Of a stretch of 64,000 bases of DNA, positions 18,193 through 28,036 are shown piece after piece (the first letter of the stretch is position 1; each line of letters starts with the position of its first letter). Both the position numbers and the translations under genes were made by a program. Origin of the DNA: a virus; the IMG/VR virus record IMGVR_UViG_3300029267_003762, positions 1 to 64,000 of that record; one strand, written 5' to 3'. Below the pieces are notes generated by a model. It was given only the letters and a program-made list of their open reading frames with translations. It did not search any database and was not told the origin of the DNA.

Positions 18193-18380
18193 TGAGCAAC
18201 CCGTACCGCAAGCCGTGGCTTCCAGCGAAGAAGTGCCCACCGCAGTGCGACGACGACTACCGCATGTGCGAGCACTGCCCGGACAACCCAGGGCTGCACC
18301 CGGACCCGTGCCCGGTGTGCGGCGCCAGATGGGACCAACCTTGCGACAAGAGCAAGCACGGAGAGGGAGAAGACAGATGA
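18192..18380 (+). CDS. small Cys-rich protein
   Basis: Multiple CxxC; TGATG coupling. Confidence 0.55.
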   Translation: MSNPYRKPWLPAKKCPPQCDDDYRMCEHCPDNPGLHPDPCPVCGARWDQPCDKSKHGEGEDR

Positions 18381-19129
18381 GCAGATCGGATGTGCAGCCG
18401 AGTACCGAAGAGGTGCTCTGCAGACAGATCGACCAGTGTGTGGAGCAGGAGAAGGAGTCCCTGGCCATGCTCAAACGGCTCGAGTGGATCGAGCTAAGCG
18501 AGGAGTCGGAAGACTGCCAGGGCTACCCCACCGACATCACGCTCGGCCCCAGGTGCCCGGTGTGCGGGATGAGCGAGAAGCACATGGCCGACTGCGAGCT
18601 CGCGGGCCTGATCAAGAAGCTCGGCGGCGGCGTCGAGCAGTACGGGCCGGGCGAGCTCGAGGAGGAGAACCGCCTGAGGGAGGAGAAGCACAAGAAGATG
18701 CGGTGGTTGGCGGACGTGCGGCGAGTGGCGTTCATCTTCCAACAGATCGAGCACGTCCTGAGGACCTGCGAGAGATACCGGATCGATACGAGTGCGGGCA
18801 CGCCCACGGTGCTGGAAGAAGTGCCGGTCATCTACGGCGTCAGGGACGGCCTCGACTGTGACCCCATCCACAGAAACGGGGTCGTCAGCGTGTGCGCCTA
18901 CGACGCCGAGACGAGGGACCGCATCGAGGACAACTGGTTGCTCATCGACGACCCCATCAAGCCAACGGCCAAAGTGCTGAAGATGACCAAGCCGCTGGGC
19001 GAGCGCTTCGAGAACTGGACGATACATCACGTTCGCATGGTCGGGGCGCAGCTCGGCCTGTTCAGGGTCAACGCCTGCTGCGCCCATGGCCCCATCAAGT
19101 ACGTGGGCGGCGTGGCCGTACTCGCATGA
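18377..19129 (+). CDS. hypothetical protein
   Basis: ATGA overlap; CPVCG...H..DC motif. Confidence 0.6.
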   Translation: MSRSDVQPSTEEVLCRQIDQCVEQEKESLAMLKRLEWIELSEESEDCQGYPTDITLGPRCPVCGMSEKHMADCELAGLIKKLGGGVEQYGPGELEEENRLREEKHKKMRWLADVRRVAFIFQQIEHVLRTCERYRIDTSAGTPTVLEEVPVIYGVRDGLDCDPIHRNGVVSVCAYDAETRDRIEDNWLLIDDPIKPTAKVLKMTKPLGERFENWTIHHVRMVGAQLGLFRVNACCAHGPIKYVGGVAVLA

Positions 19130-19142
19130 GAGGAGGTAGAAG

Positions 19143-19346
19143 ATGCTGGTCTACAGAACAGTAACGAAGCTCACAGACCACGGGCAGCTGGCGATTGCAC
19201 TTGAGGAGCCGAGGCCCCCACAGGGGCCGTACGTCCTTGACCACTGGCACCTGGTCAGCATGAAGGAGGACTCGTACGAGTGGGAGGGGACCGGGGAGAA
19301 GCGCATCGAGATCACGGCGTGGTGGCTGCCCATCTTCAGTGGATAG
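19143..19346 (+). CDS. hypothetical protein
   Basis: AGGAGGT RBS. Confidence 0.55.
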   Translation: MLVYRTVTKLTDHGQLAIALEEPRPPQGPYVLDHWHLVSMKEDSYEWEGTGEKRIEITAWWLPIFSG

Positions 19347-19365
19347 GAGAAGACAGATGTGGTCA

Positions 19366-19402
19366 GGGAGCTGGTCGTCGAGGATTGGCTCCCCTCTTTT
19401 TT
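19366..19402 (+). terminator. intrinsic terminator
   Basis: GGGAGC...GCTCCC-CTCTTTTTT. Confidence 0.55.
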
Positions 19403-19482
19403 ACCTACTCAGTCAGAAGTAGGTAGACCAGAGCGTCTTCTAGTTGCTCAATTCTTTCTACTGATCGGGTACAAGAGTAGTG

Positions 19483-20076
19483 ATGAAGAACACCATGAAG
19501 AACACCATGAACCACCACCTTCGCCCGGTCGTCAAAGACCGGCTTGACCGCATGAAGCGGTTGGCGACCTTCGCCCCCTTCCTTCCCGGGGAAGGACCGG
19601 TGGAGGCTGCCCGACGGGCATGGAGCTACCGATGGATAATCTCGGGGGATGTGCAGCTTCGGTCGTTCATCGACCTCGACTCGCTCCCGTCGGTGCCCCA
19701 GGTGCACGACATCGAGTGTCGGCAGGCGCGACGCCGCTGGGCAAAGAGGGAGGAGGCGAGGCCGGAGGAGCGAAAGGCTCTCCGGCGCCAGCTCTTCTCG
19801 ATGATGCCCGTTTCCCAGCGGGTCTACTTCGCCAAGGGGTGCTGCTCCGTGCAGTCCCCACCCGGGGCCGTCGCGCGAATCGGTGGGAGCGAGAGCTCCT
19901 ACTGCTGGTTCCTCGACCGCTTCGGGCGGGTCATCGAGGGGTGGCGCGCCCGCTCCTCAGGTCCCGACACCTGGCCCGAGCCCGCGCCGTTCGTGCCGGA
20001 TCTGCAGAGCGGGCAGTGGCCGATCACCCCCCTCGGCCGATCCTTCCGGGACTGGCTTTTCGGGGTGGCGTCATGA
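19483..20076 (+). CDS. hypothetical protein
   Basis: Open frame preceded by the CTCAATT motif. Confidence 0.5.
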   Translation: MKNTMKNTMNHHLRPVVKDRLDRMKRLATFAPFLPGEGPVEAARRAWSYRWIISGDVQLRSFIDLDSLPSVPQVHDIECRQARRRWAKREEARPEERKALRRQLFSMMPVSQRVYFAKGCCSVQSPPGAVARIGGSESSYCWFLDRFGRVIEGWRARSSGPDTWPEPAPFVPDLQSGQWPITPLGRSFRDWLFGVAS

Positions 20077-20345
20077 CGACTTTCGTCGTGGAGCATTGGA
20101 CGGCCGCCCCCTCGTCAGAGCACGTGGGGTACTACTGCATGTGCCGAGACTGACCGTTCTGGTCAGCCGCGTCCCCTTCCCGGGGGCGCGCTTTCTTTAG
20201 CCCCGTGTTGGCGTAATAGTTCGCGGCCATGATGGTAACACCTGCCCGGGTGTTACCGTTTCGTCTCTTTTCGGTTGACTCGTCCCGGCACCCAGATGCC
20301 CCAACTGTTGACCTCGTGGTATAACGGGCGAGAAGGAGCGAAGAC

Positions 20346-22982
20346 ATGCCCGGACTGTTTCTCGACCACAAGAAGGTACGCTTCGAGTTCGAAAAGCTCG
20401 GCTCGGAGACGATGCTTCCTGAAGACCCGAACGTTTGGCCCAACGAGATCCTGCAAGAGCTGTACAAGCAGGTGAGCTACATCGCCGACTTCACGCCGAA
20501 GGTCGTTCCGGCCATCATCGACGGCGAGAAGGGCTACGGCTTCGGCCACATCGAGGTCACCAGCAAGACGGGTGCGCAGAACCCGACGCCGGCGCAAGAG
20601 GAGGCAGCGGGTATCCGCCACGTGCGCATCCCGTTCCTCATCAAGGATCGGAAGCTGATGCCCCTCGACCTCCTGCTCACCGACAGCTCCAAGCTGATGC
20701 CCTTGACCGAGACTCGGATGCGGCAAGCGCTGTTCCGCCCTCAGTCGTTCGACGTCACGAGCAAGACCCCTGGCGACGCCTCCTTGATCGGGCAGCTGTA
20801 CCCGCCGTATCGCCAGAACTACGGCTTCGGCGGAGGCGGTGGTGTCGTGAACATCGGCATGGGCAAGATGGGCGAGGCCGACAAGAGCGTCGGGGACACT
20901 GCTCGCCACATGCTCCTTCACGGCATCTACCGGGGCGACGTCGGTCAGGCGCGCAAGGGGCGCGCGGCTCTCGTCAAGCAGAAGGGTACGGCAGCCGACA
21001 TCGCCGCGCACGACCGGTACATCGCCAAGATGGGCGAGGCCGACACCTTCATGGGCTGGCTCGCTGAAGAGTACCAGTCCAAGGAAGCCAGCGACGTCGA
21101 GGAACTCGCGCGCACCCTCAAGGAGCGGATCAAGAAGACTCGCAAGGACCCCGCAGCCACGCTCGACGAGATGGCCACGCTGTCGGGACTCAAGAGCGCC
21201 AGCGCGCAGGACCCCAGGCTGCCTGGAGAAGACCGCCGGCTCACGGGTCCGAGCCCCGAGTACATGGGCCTCAAGAGCCCGACCAACAAGATCGAGAAGA
21301 AGGCCAGCAAGGCCGACAAGGCGATCTTGTGGGCCATGGAGAAGACGAAGGGCACACCGGAGAGTGCCCGAGCTTTCGAAAAAGCGCGTCCCAACATCGA
21401 GCGAGCCATCTGGGGTGCGGGTATTGGTCTTGGCACTGGTGCCGGTATGGGCATTGGCTACCACGAGGGCAGCAAGGGCCGGCCGGGCCGCGAGGCAGCG
21501 TCTGGCAAGTACCGAACCAAGAAGTCCTCCATCCTGCCGTCCATCCTTCGTACCATCAACGAGACCGACTTCCAGAGGCTCGCTACGCTCATCGACGAGC
21601 CTGAGGTGAAACTTGCCTTCTTGCAGAACGAGGACGCTTCCAAGGCTCTGGCTCCGCTTGGAAGCTACCGACCCGTGCCCGCCGAGAAGCGTGCTGAGGC
21701 TTTCGTGCGAGCCATCCCAAGTGATGTCGCCCAGATCCGACGGCTTGGGGACGGTACGTACGAAGTCAAGGTGGCATCCCATCGGTTCTGGGCTCCCCGC
21801 ACTTCCAGGGTGGACCGCGGGCAACTGGTGGATCTCGTGGGGACCAAGTTGGCCATGGACGTGGATACCAATGAGTCGGTGACCATGGCCGACGGCGCCC
21901 AGGTCGACATGCCGAGCCCCGAGCAGGACAAGCTCGCCCCCATCGTGGACTTCGGGCTGTACCGTGTGCAGACCGCAGAGGGCCGGGAGCTCGTCGGCTA
22001 CGTGTTCCCCAACCTCATCGACTCGAGCGGCGATAGCGTCCCGCTGTTCCTGTTCACCAACGGCTCCGAGTACGCCATGCAGGCCGACATCGCTGGTGTG
22101 CGTGCCGGCGAAGGCATGGCCATCCCCGAGGGCGACCCTCACGGGCACGGTGCGTTCTTCCGGGTGCTGCCCAACGGCAAGGCCGAGGCGACGGTGCCGA
22201 TGACCATCAAGGGGCAAGTCGAGGGCGGCTACATGGTCGAGGCCTTCGACGGAGCTCCCGTCACCGTGATGCCGCAGGCAGGCATTGAGGGCTTCGCTCT
22301 TGCGGGCGACACGCTGCTCGTACCCCAGGACGTCAGGTGGCTCGACCTCGACCAGGCCCAAGAGGTCCAGCTCGTCGAGCAGCCCGGTGAGCCCGGTCAG
22401 AAGGAAGCGATGGCCCGCGCCATCAGCGTCGACATCCGCTCTTCCGGCCCCAACACCTTCAGCATCGACGGGCCGCCCGTGAGCAAGCTGGCGTATGCGC
22501 AGAAGCAGATGCTCAGCTTCGACGACGCCTCCTTCCTGCTGGCGGGCTTGGGCGTGCAGCCCCCGTTCGCCATGCACAAGCTCAGCGAGGCCGTGTTCGC
22601 GGGCAAGCCCGTGACCGTACCCACGTGCCGCGTCATCAAGACCGCCGGCGAGCGGATGCACGACGGTCTTCTCAGGGCCCGGGACAAGATCGCATCGAGG
22701 CCGGTGCCCAAGGTCGGCTTCCTCGTCAAAGAGGCGGCGATGATCCCGGATACCACCAGCGTCGACGTCGTCCTGTCCCTCGGCTTCCTCAACGAGGAGA
22801 ACATCAACGAGTTCCTGAAGTCGCTGCCCGTGCTCGAGGACGCGCAGCTGCGGATGAGCGAGCTGCTGTACGCGAGCCGCGTGGGCCTGCAGGACGTCCC
22901 CGACCAGGCCCTCGAGCGCGCCATTCGGGCCGTCGAGAAGGTCATCGAAGGTCTCAAGGTCCTGGCGTTTACAGAGAACTGA
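20346..22982 (+). CDS. large virion (head-associated) protein
   Basis: 878 aa; AAGGAG RBS; upstream CGTGG-TATAAC; many K-x-A/S motifs; glycine-zipper segment. Confidence 0.75.
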   Translation: MPGLFLDHKKVRFEFEKLGSETMLPEDPNVWPNEILQELYKQVSYIADFTPKVVPAIIDGEKGYGFGHIEVTSKTGAQNPTPAQEEAAGIRHVRIPFLIKDRKLMPLDLLLTDSSKLMPLTETRMRQALFRPQSFDVTSKTPGDASLIGQLYPPYRQNYGFGGGGGVVNIGMGKMGEADKSVGDTARHMLLHGIYRGDVGQARKGRAALVKQKGTAADIAAHDRYIAKMGEADTFMGWLAEEYQSKEASDVEELARTLKERIKKTRKDPAATLDEMATLSGLKSASAQDPRLPGEDRRLTGPSPEYMGLKSPTNKIEKKASKADKAILWAMEKTKGTPESARAFEKARPNIERAIWGAGIGLGTGAGMGIGYHEGSKGRPGREAASGKYRTKKSSILPSILRTINETDFQRLATLIDEPEVKLAFLQNEDASKALAPLGSYRPVPAEKRAEAFVRAIPSDVAQIRRLGDGTYEVKVASHRFWAPRTSRVDRGQLVDLVGTKLAMDVDTNESVTMADGAQVDMPSPEQDKLAPIVDFGLYRVQTAEGRELVGYVFPNLIDSSGDSVPLFLFTNGSEYAMQADIAGVRAGEGMAIPEGDPHGHGAFFRVLPNGKAEATVPMTIKGQVEGGYMVEAFDGAPVTVMPQAGIEGFALAGDTLLVPQDVRWLDLDQAQEVQLVEQPGEPGQKEAMARAISVDIRSSGPNTFSIDGPPVSKLAYAQKQMLSFDDASFLLAGLGVQPPFAMHKLSEAVFAGKPVTVPTCRVIKTAGERMHDGLLRARDKIASRPVPKVGFLVKEAAMIPDTTSVDVVLSLGFLNEENINEFLKSLPVLEDAQLRMSELLYASRVGLQDVPDQALERAIRAVEKVIEGLKVLAFTEN

Positions 22983-23053
22983 GCGCTCCGTGGGGAGCCC
23001 CCAACAATCTTTTGACTTCCCTCGGCCCCTGACGGAAGTATGATCAGGGCACC

Positions 23054-23974
23054 ATGGAGCGGTGGAGTGTATCGGCAAACTACGCAAAGTTCCTACTTTG
23101 CCAGGACTTGAGGGCCGATGCGCGCCGCACCCAGACGCGGATCTTCCGACTTGGCATGTTCCCGCCGTCGACAGACACGATAGAGTTCCTACGAGAAGAG
23201 CTCCGCCCACCCCGCAACTTCATGCCCGAGACCACTCGGCATGAGGCCTCCGTCCGGTTCCTGAAGCAAGAGGGCATCTACGGCCTCTTCCACCCCGACA
23301 AGTACGACCGTCAAGCCTTGGCCCTGCTGCACAAGTCGGTGGTCAAGGAAGCCGCCGAAGCATGGCTTCTCACTGGCGCCCCGTACGCCGGCGCCGCCGA
23401 GTTCCTCAAGAACACCTTCGGGGAGGCGTTCGACCCAATCGCCATTGAGCGCTACGTCTGGTACTGCTTCAACCTCCACAAGATACAGCCCTCGGAGTGG
23501 CCGGGCATCTTCCGGCGCTACCATTCTCAGTGGGGGGAGGGCGACGTGGAGGACGACATCCGCTGGCGGGCTGTGTCGGGGTCGAACGACAAGGCCACCC
23601 GCATCATGCTGCGCACCTACTACGGCAAGAAGGTGGCCAACACCGACTTCGACGAGGCCATCCGAGACGGGGCGACCACGATCGCCAACGCCATCGCTGC
23701 CAAGTCGCAGGACCCACGCGTCACCATGCAGGATCTCAACATCGGCGCCCAGGGCATGAGGCACATCAAGGAAGCCTACGAGATGTCCCGCTCGGTCGAC
23801 GCCGACTGGTTGGCGAACGTGGAGCGCGCCAAGCTCAAGCAGCATGACGACAAGATCGTGATGGTCCACGAGCTCAGCCAGGGAAACCACAGCACCGAGC
23901 TCGTCAATCAGGAAGAGGAGAGTCGAGTTGTCGTCCCAATCGACGCTGAGTTCATCGATGACGGCGACGAGTGA
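23054..23974 (+). CDS. conserved hypothetical protein of the virion gene block
   Basis: 306-aa ORF with TATGAT 9 nt upstream. Confidence 0.7.
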   Translation: MERWSVSANYAKFLLCQDLRADARRTQTRIFRLGMFPPSTDTIEFLREELRPPRNFMPETTRHEASVRFLKQEGIYGLFHPDKYDRQALALLHKSVVKEAAEAWLLTGAPYAGAAEFLKNTFGEAFDPIAIERYVWYCFNLHKIQPSEWPGIFRRYHSQWGEGDVEDDIRWRAVSGSNDKATRIMLRTYYGKKVANTDFDEAIRDGATTIANAIAAKSQDPRVTMQDLNIGAQGMRHIKEAYEMSRSVDADWLANVERAKLKQHDDKIVMVHELSQGNHSTELVNQEEESRVVVPIDAEFIDDGDE

Positions 23975-24273
23975 CCCATTCGTCATCGTCTACCAGCGCC
24001 CCACGACTACCGCCGACTACTGGAACGGGCCGTGGGACATCGAGTGTCCTGCTTTCGGCAACACCATCGAGATAGACCCTCTCGTTCTGGAGTTCGTCGA
24101 GGCCATGCGCAGGCATGAGGAGTGGGTGAAGACCCGGCGTCTGCGTTCCCTCATGGGTGCGCCCCCGCCCCGCCCGCTCAAGTCCCTCTGCTCTGTCGGT
24201 TGCCGCCCGCCCCGCACTCGTGGGAAAGTGTCGTTCAGGCCCAGCGTACTTTCCAGGGCCGCCCGGAACCCCG

Positions 24274-24468
24274 ATGAACGTCTGCCCAAAGTGCGGGGGC
24301 AAGGTCGTGCCCACCAGAAAGCCCGGTCGCACCATGCGGTACCGGGGCACTGAGTACCGCATCCCGGCCAACTACGTCATCCCCACGTGCAAGAAGTGCG
24401 GGGCGCAGTGGACTTCGACTGAGCAGCTGCTCGAGCTCGGCGCCTGGTTGGAGAAGAAGAATGGCTGA
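24274..24468 (+). CDS. YgiT/MqsA-type zinc-finger mini-protein
   Basis: M..CPKCGG...YRG....I......CKKCG..W. Confidence 0.55.
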   Translation: MNVCPKCGGKVVPTRKPGRTMRYRGTEYRIPANYVIPTCKKCGAQWTSTEQLLELGAWLEKKNG

Positions 24469-27400
24469 GCAGAGCATCTCCCTCGGCTACGCCTCCGCAA
24501 CGCTGGTTCCGGAAGGTGAAGACGGCGTCCGCATCGAGAAGCTGTGGGTCGACCCTGAACATCGGGGCAAGGGAGATGCGCGTCGGCTCTTGCGCAAGAT
24601 CAAGAAGGACTTCGCCGACAAGAAGTTGTGGATGCGGCCCCGCGGCTTCGGGGACATCCCCATGGGCGTGGACGAGCTCAGGAAGTTCTACGAGAGCGAG
24701 GGCTTCAAGACCATGGACAAGCTCGACAACATGCTCTTCGACAAGACGGCTGAAGTCGTCGAGCTCACCACGCCCGGGCAGCGTCAAGAAGCCGCCAGTC
24801 TCGAACGACGTGTCTTCTCTCCGGGCAGCAAGTACCAGAACCCGAGGCCCCCTTCCGCCAAGAGGTTCACCTCGTACGGCGTCTACGACGACGGAAAACT
24901 CGTGGGGGTCACCAGGGTGGACAAAGACCCTCTCAAGGCATGGGCCAAGGACAAGGAAGGGCTGAAGGCGCTGAAGGTCCTCGGGCCGGAGGTGTGGATA
25001 GAGGCTACGGCGGTAGACCCGGAGCATCGTGGTAAGGGCGTGGCCAAGGCTCTTCGAGGGCACGTGCAGAGCCAGTACAGCAGCGTGCTCACAGGGACTG
25101 GTCCGAAGTCCGACCCGGCCATGAAGCACTTGAACGAGTCGCAAGGGTTCAAGCCCGTTCTGCAACGAGGAAAGAACATGCAATACCATTGGGCGAAGAC
25201 CGCCGAGCTTGCCGAGGACGGGGAGCACAAGCTGCAAGGGCGCCGCAACTTTCAAGGGCTGTCGATCGCTATCGAGAACCGCAAGGGCTCGGTGCGCAAG
25301 GGCACGGGTAAGGACGGCAAGGAATGGCGCACGAAGATGAAGGCGCCGTACGGCTACATCGAGGCGCCGGCCAACGGGCGGGATGGGGAATCCATTGACG
25401 CGTACATCGGTCCCGACAAGAAGGCCCCCGACGCCTTCGTCGTTCACCAGCACAAGGAGAACGGCAAGGGGCACGATGAGGACAAGGTCATCCTGGGCGT
25501 GCGCTCGATCGCCGAGGCCAAGCGCCTGTACCTTCAGCACTACGACAGCCCCAAGTTCCTGGGGCCTGTCTCAAGGGTTCCCATGGAACGTCTGAAAGAG
25601 CTCGTGCAGCAGGACAAGAAGATCTCGAAGCTGTCTTCCGCCGATGAGCACCTTCTGCTTTCCGTGCTCGGGCGGGCGGGCGTGAAGGTCTCTTCGATGC
25701 AGGAACCGGGAGTTCGGAAGAAGGACAAGACCGGCCCGAGAGGTAAGAAGGGCAAGTGCGAGGGCCCGGGGCCGAGGCTTCGCCAATTCGGCGGCGTGAA
25801 GCTGGCTGCTGGCGACGCTGTAGTCAGCGCTGATGACCATCCTGCCGTTGCAGTAGGTAAGGTGCTGAGCAACAGGCTCGACAAGGTCAACCCGAACCGG
25901 CCGCGCTATGCCTCGCTCAAGGACTTCATCTTGCGCCGACCGGATCCTCGCTACGATCCCAGCATCTCTCGAGAGGAACAGCTCCGGCGTCACTACTCAG
26001 GCAAGCCGCCAGTCAGGATGCGCCGCGTCGGGCAGGGCATTGAGCATGAGATTGCTCCTGGGGTCACTGCCGTCATGCGCATCAAGACGCCGGGGGACGA
26101 AGAGCGTGGACGGCAGTACGCCAAGAAGGTCATGGACGACTACTACAAGGAGTCCGCAGATCCTCGTGAGCGCATTCTGCTCGGCATCCTCAAACAGGCC
26201 GGCATCCCCGAGCTCAAGCGACTTCCGACTGATGTCGACTTGGCGAAAGAGAAGATGCTCAAGGCGATCGAGCGCAGCAAGGACAGGAGCTGGTCGCATC
26301 CGCAGATCTCGATTCCGCACAACAAGATCGACCTCGAGCGGTTCGGCTTCGAGCCCACGCGCATCGCCATCCCCATGCCTTGGGAGAAGCCGCTCGAGAC
26401 GAGTTGGCGTGCGGGGCGTCTGCACGCTCACAAGATGGGTGACCGGTACATGGTGCACGCCGACGCAGCGTCTCCGGACAGCTTCTACGGCAAGGTCAAG
26501 CACCTGATCGAAGACGTACCGCCGGCGGTAGCCAAGCGCATCGGCATGAACAAGACGGCCATCAGTGCCCAGCCCTTGGGCACTCTCGGCAAGGTGCTCA
26601 TGCAGGGCATCAAGTCCCCGGGGGCTGCTCGCAACGTCGCTAAAGACGTGAAGATGATGGGCAAGGTCAGGGCGCCGTCGGGGGCGTTGCCTCACGCCCC
26701 TACGACCCCCATCAACCCGAGCACGCTGCCGTCGGCCAAGATGCCCTCTGGTTCGGTGGCCCCGCCGCCCGCCTCCGGGGTGCGGCCGAGGGTTCAGGTT
26801 CAACCGCAGGCTGCCCCCGCGCCCGCGCCCGCGCCCGCCGCGGCCCCCGCGCCCCCACCTTCCAACGTGGGTCAGGCCAGGCCGTATGCCGACAAGGGGC
26901 TGACTCCGGAGATGCGGCAGAGGGCCATTGAGATGGGGTGGACCCCCACCGCCCGTGGCGGTCTCAGCGCCAGGGTTGAGCGCCCCCTGTCTTCGAACCC
27001 GCGAGCGGACATTGGGCGAGGTGAGTGGTCCAGCCGCCCGTCTGATGTGCAGACCATGAGGGACGTCCGCGGTATGCCGGGGCAAGGTACTTGGCGCAAC
27101 ACCCCCCGGGGCCAGCAGGCGCCCCTCAGCGGCGAGGCGCTTCAGCGTCAGCAGGCTCAGGCTCGGGCCGACTTCGCCGCGCGCCAGCAGGCCGGCGCTC
27201 AGGCCCGGACCATGGACCTCGAAGGTGCAGCGTCGCAGCGGGGTGCGGAGGCGTTCAGGGAGGCGCCCAAGGACATCCACGAGGCGGTGATGAACCACCC
27301 ACTCGTGGCCCAGCACGGCATGCACCCCGATAGTGCGTACGCTCTTTTGAACGACCCGAGGTCTCTGCAAAAGGCCCGATACGGTCGGGTGTCCGCAGCT

Positions 27401-27556
27401 CCGCAGACGATGGGAACCGTCAGGGGTCCGAACAGCCAGAAGGTCCAGGATACGCAAAACTTGGTGCGAAAGCAGCTCGGGCTTCAGCCACAGAAGGTGC
27501 TGACGCCTGACGAGCTGTTCCAGCAGCAGCTCGCGGCCATGGGCGTGGCCGCGTAG
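24461..27556 (+). CDS. polyvalent virion protein: two GNAT domains, an inorganic-pyrophosphatase-like domain and low-complexity modules
   Basis: VDPEHRGKG motif A twice with FYE..GF / NE..GF; FQGL.IAIENRKGSVR.G...W.TKM..PYGYI...G.DG..ID.YIGP...DEDKV.LG. Confidence 0.8.
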   Translation: MAEQSISLGYASATLVPEGEDGVRIEKLWVDPEHRGKGDARRLLRKIKKDFADKKLWMRPRGFGDIPMGVDELRKFYESEGFKTMDKLDNMLFDKTAEVVELTTPGQRQEAASLERRVFSPGSKYQNPRPPSAKRFTSYGVYDDGKLVGVTRVDKDPLKAWAKDKEGLKALKVLGPEVWIEATAVDPEHRGKGVAKALRGHVQSQYSSVLTGTGPKSDPAMKHLNESQGFKPVLQRGKNMQYHWAKTAELAEDGEHKLQGRRNFQGLSIAIENRKGSVRKGTGKDGKEWRTKMKAPYGYIEAPANGRDGESIDAYIGPDKKAPDAFVVHQHKENGKGHDEDKVILGVRSIAEAKRLYLQHYDSPKFLGPVSRVPMERLKELVQQDKKISKLSSADEHLLLSVLGRAGVKVSSMQEPGVRKKDKTGPRGKKGKCEGPGPRLRQFGGVKLAAGDAVVSADDHPAVAVGKVLSNRLDKVNPNRPRYASLKDFILRRPDPRYDPSISREEQLRRHYSGKPPVRMRRVGQGIEHEIAPGVTAVMRIKTPGDEERGRQYAKKVMDDYYKESADPRERILLGILKQAGIPELKRLPTDVDLAKEKMLKAIERSKDRSWSHPQISIPHNKIDLERFGFEPTRIAIPMPWEKPLETSWRAGRLHAHKMGDRYMVHADAASPDSFYGKVKHLIEDVPPAVAKRIGMNKTAISAQPLGTLGKVLMQGIKSPGAARNVAKDVKMMGKVRAPSGALPHAPTTPINPSTLPSAKMPSGSVAPPPASGVRPRVQVQPQAAPAPAPAPAAAPAPPPSNVGQARPYADKGLTPEMRQRAIEMGWTPTARGGLSARVERPLSSNPRADIGRGEWSSRPSDVQTMRDVRGMPGQGTWRNTPRGQQAPLSGEALQRQQAQARADFAARQQAGAQARTMDLEGAASQRGAEAFREAPKDIHEAVMNHPLVAQHGMHPDSAYALLNDPRSLQKARYGRVSAAPQTMGTVRGPNSQKVQDTQNLVRKQLGLQPQKVLTPDELFQQQLAAMGVAA

Positions 27557-27564
27557 GAGGGACC

Positions 27565-27987
27565 ATGGAGGGAAGAAGCGAAAAAGTCATGGCCGATGAG
27601 GCCACCAACGAGCGCCTTGGTTCGGACTTCGACAGGGGCTACAAGACCGAGGCCCTCGAGTTCACGACGATCGAGTACACGACCATGCGCGCGGAGTACA
27701 CGTGGAAGGATGGCAATCTCATCTTCCACTTCTTTCTGCCCGGCCCTTCCGGTGGGATGAGGCTTCTCGACGAGAAGGGCTACTGGAAGGACACGTTCCC
27801 CAACTGTCTGTCGGAAGAGGCCGAGGAGTACTTCGACTGCTCGTTCCCTCGTCTCAAGGCCGCCTATGCCGATGAGCTCAACAGCTGGTGGATGAAGGCG
27901 GAGAACTTCGACACCATGGACCAAAAACAGTTCGCCGAGCGCTTTCTCGACAAGCTCGACAAGAGGCTGGAGAAGGAGCTGGAGTGA
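27565..27987 (+). CDS. hypothetical protein
   Basis: AGGAGG RBS. Confidence 0.65.
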   Translation: MEGRSEKVMADEATNERLGSDFDRGYKTEALEFTTIEYTTMRAEYTWKDGNLIFHFFLPGPSGGMRLLDEKGYWKDTFPNCLSEEAEEYFDCSFPRLKAAYADELNSWWMKAENFDTMDQKQFAERFLDKLDKRLEKELE

Positions 27988-28036
27988 CCCCAAAGCGGCC
28001 GCTACGTAGTACGATGGGCCGAAACGGGAGAAAACC

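Noticed and set aside
20253-23210. 985-aa minus-strand ORF and similar long antisense ORFs (30712-33012, 35503-37125, 45600-47135, 48659-50152)
   Set aside because: Shadow frames of high-GC coding sequence on the opposite strand; no motifs.
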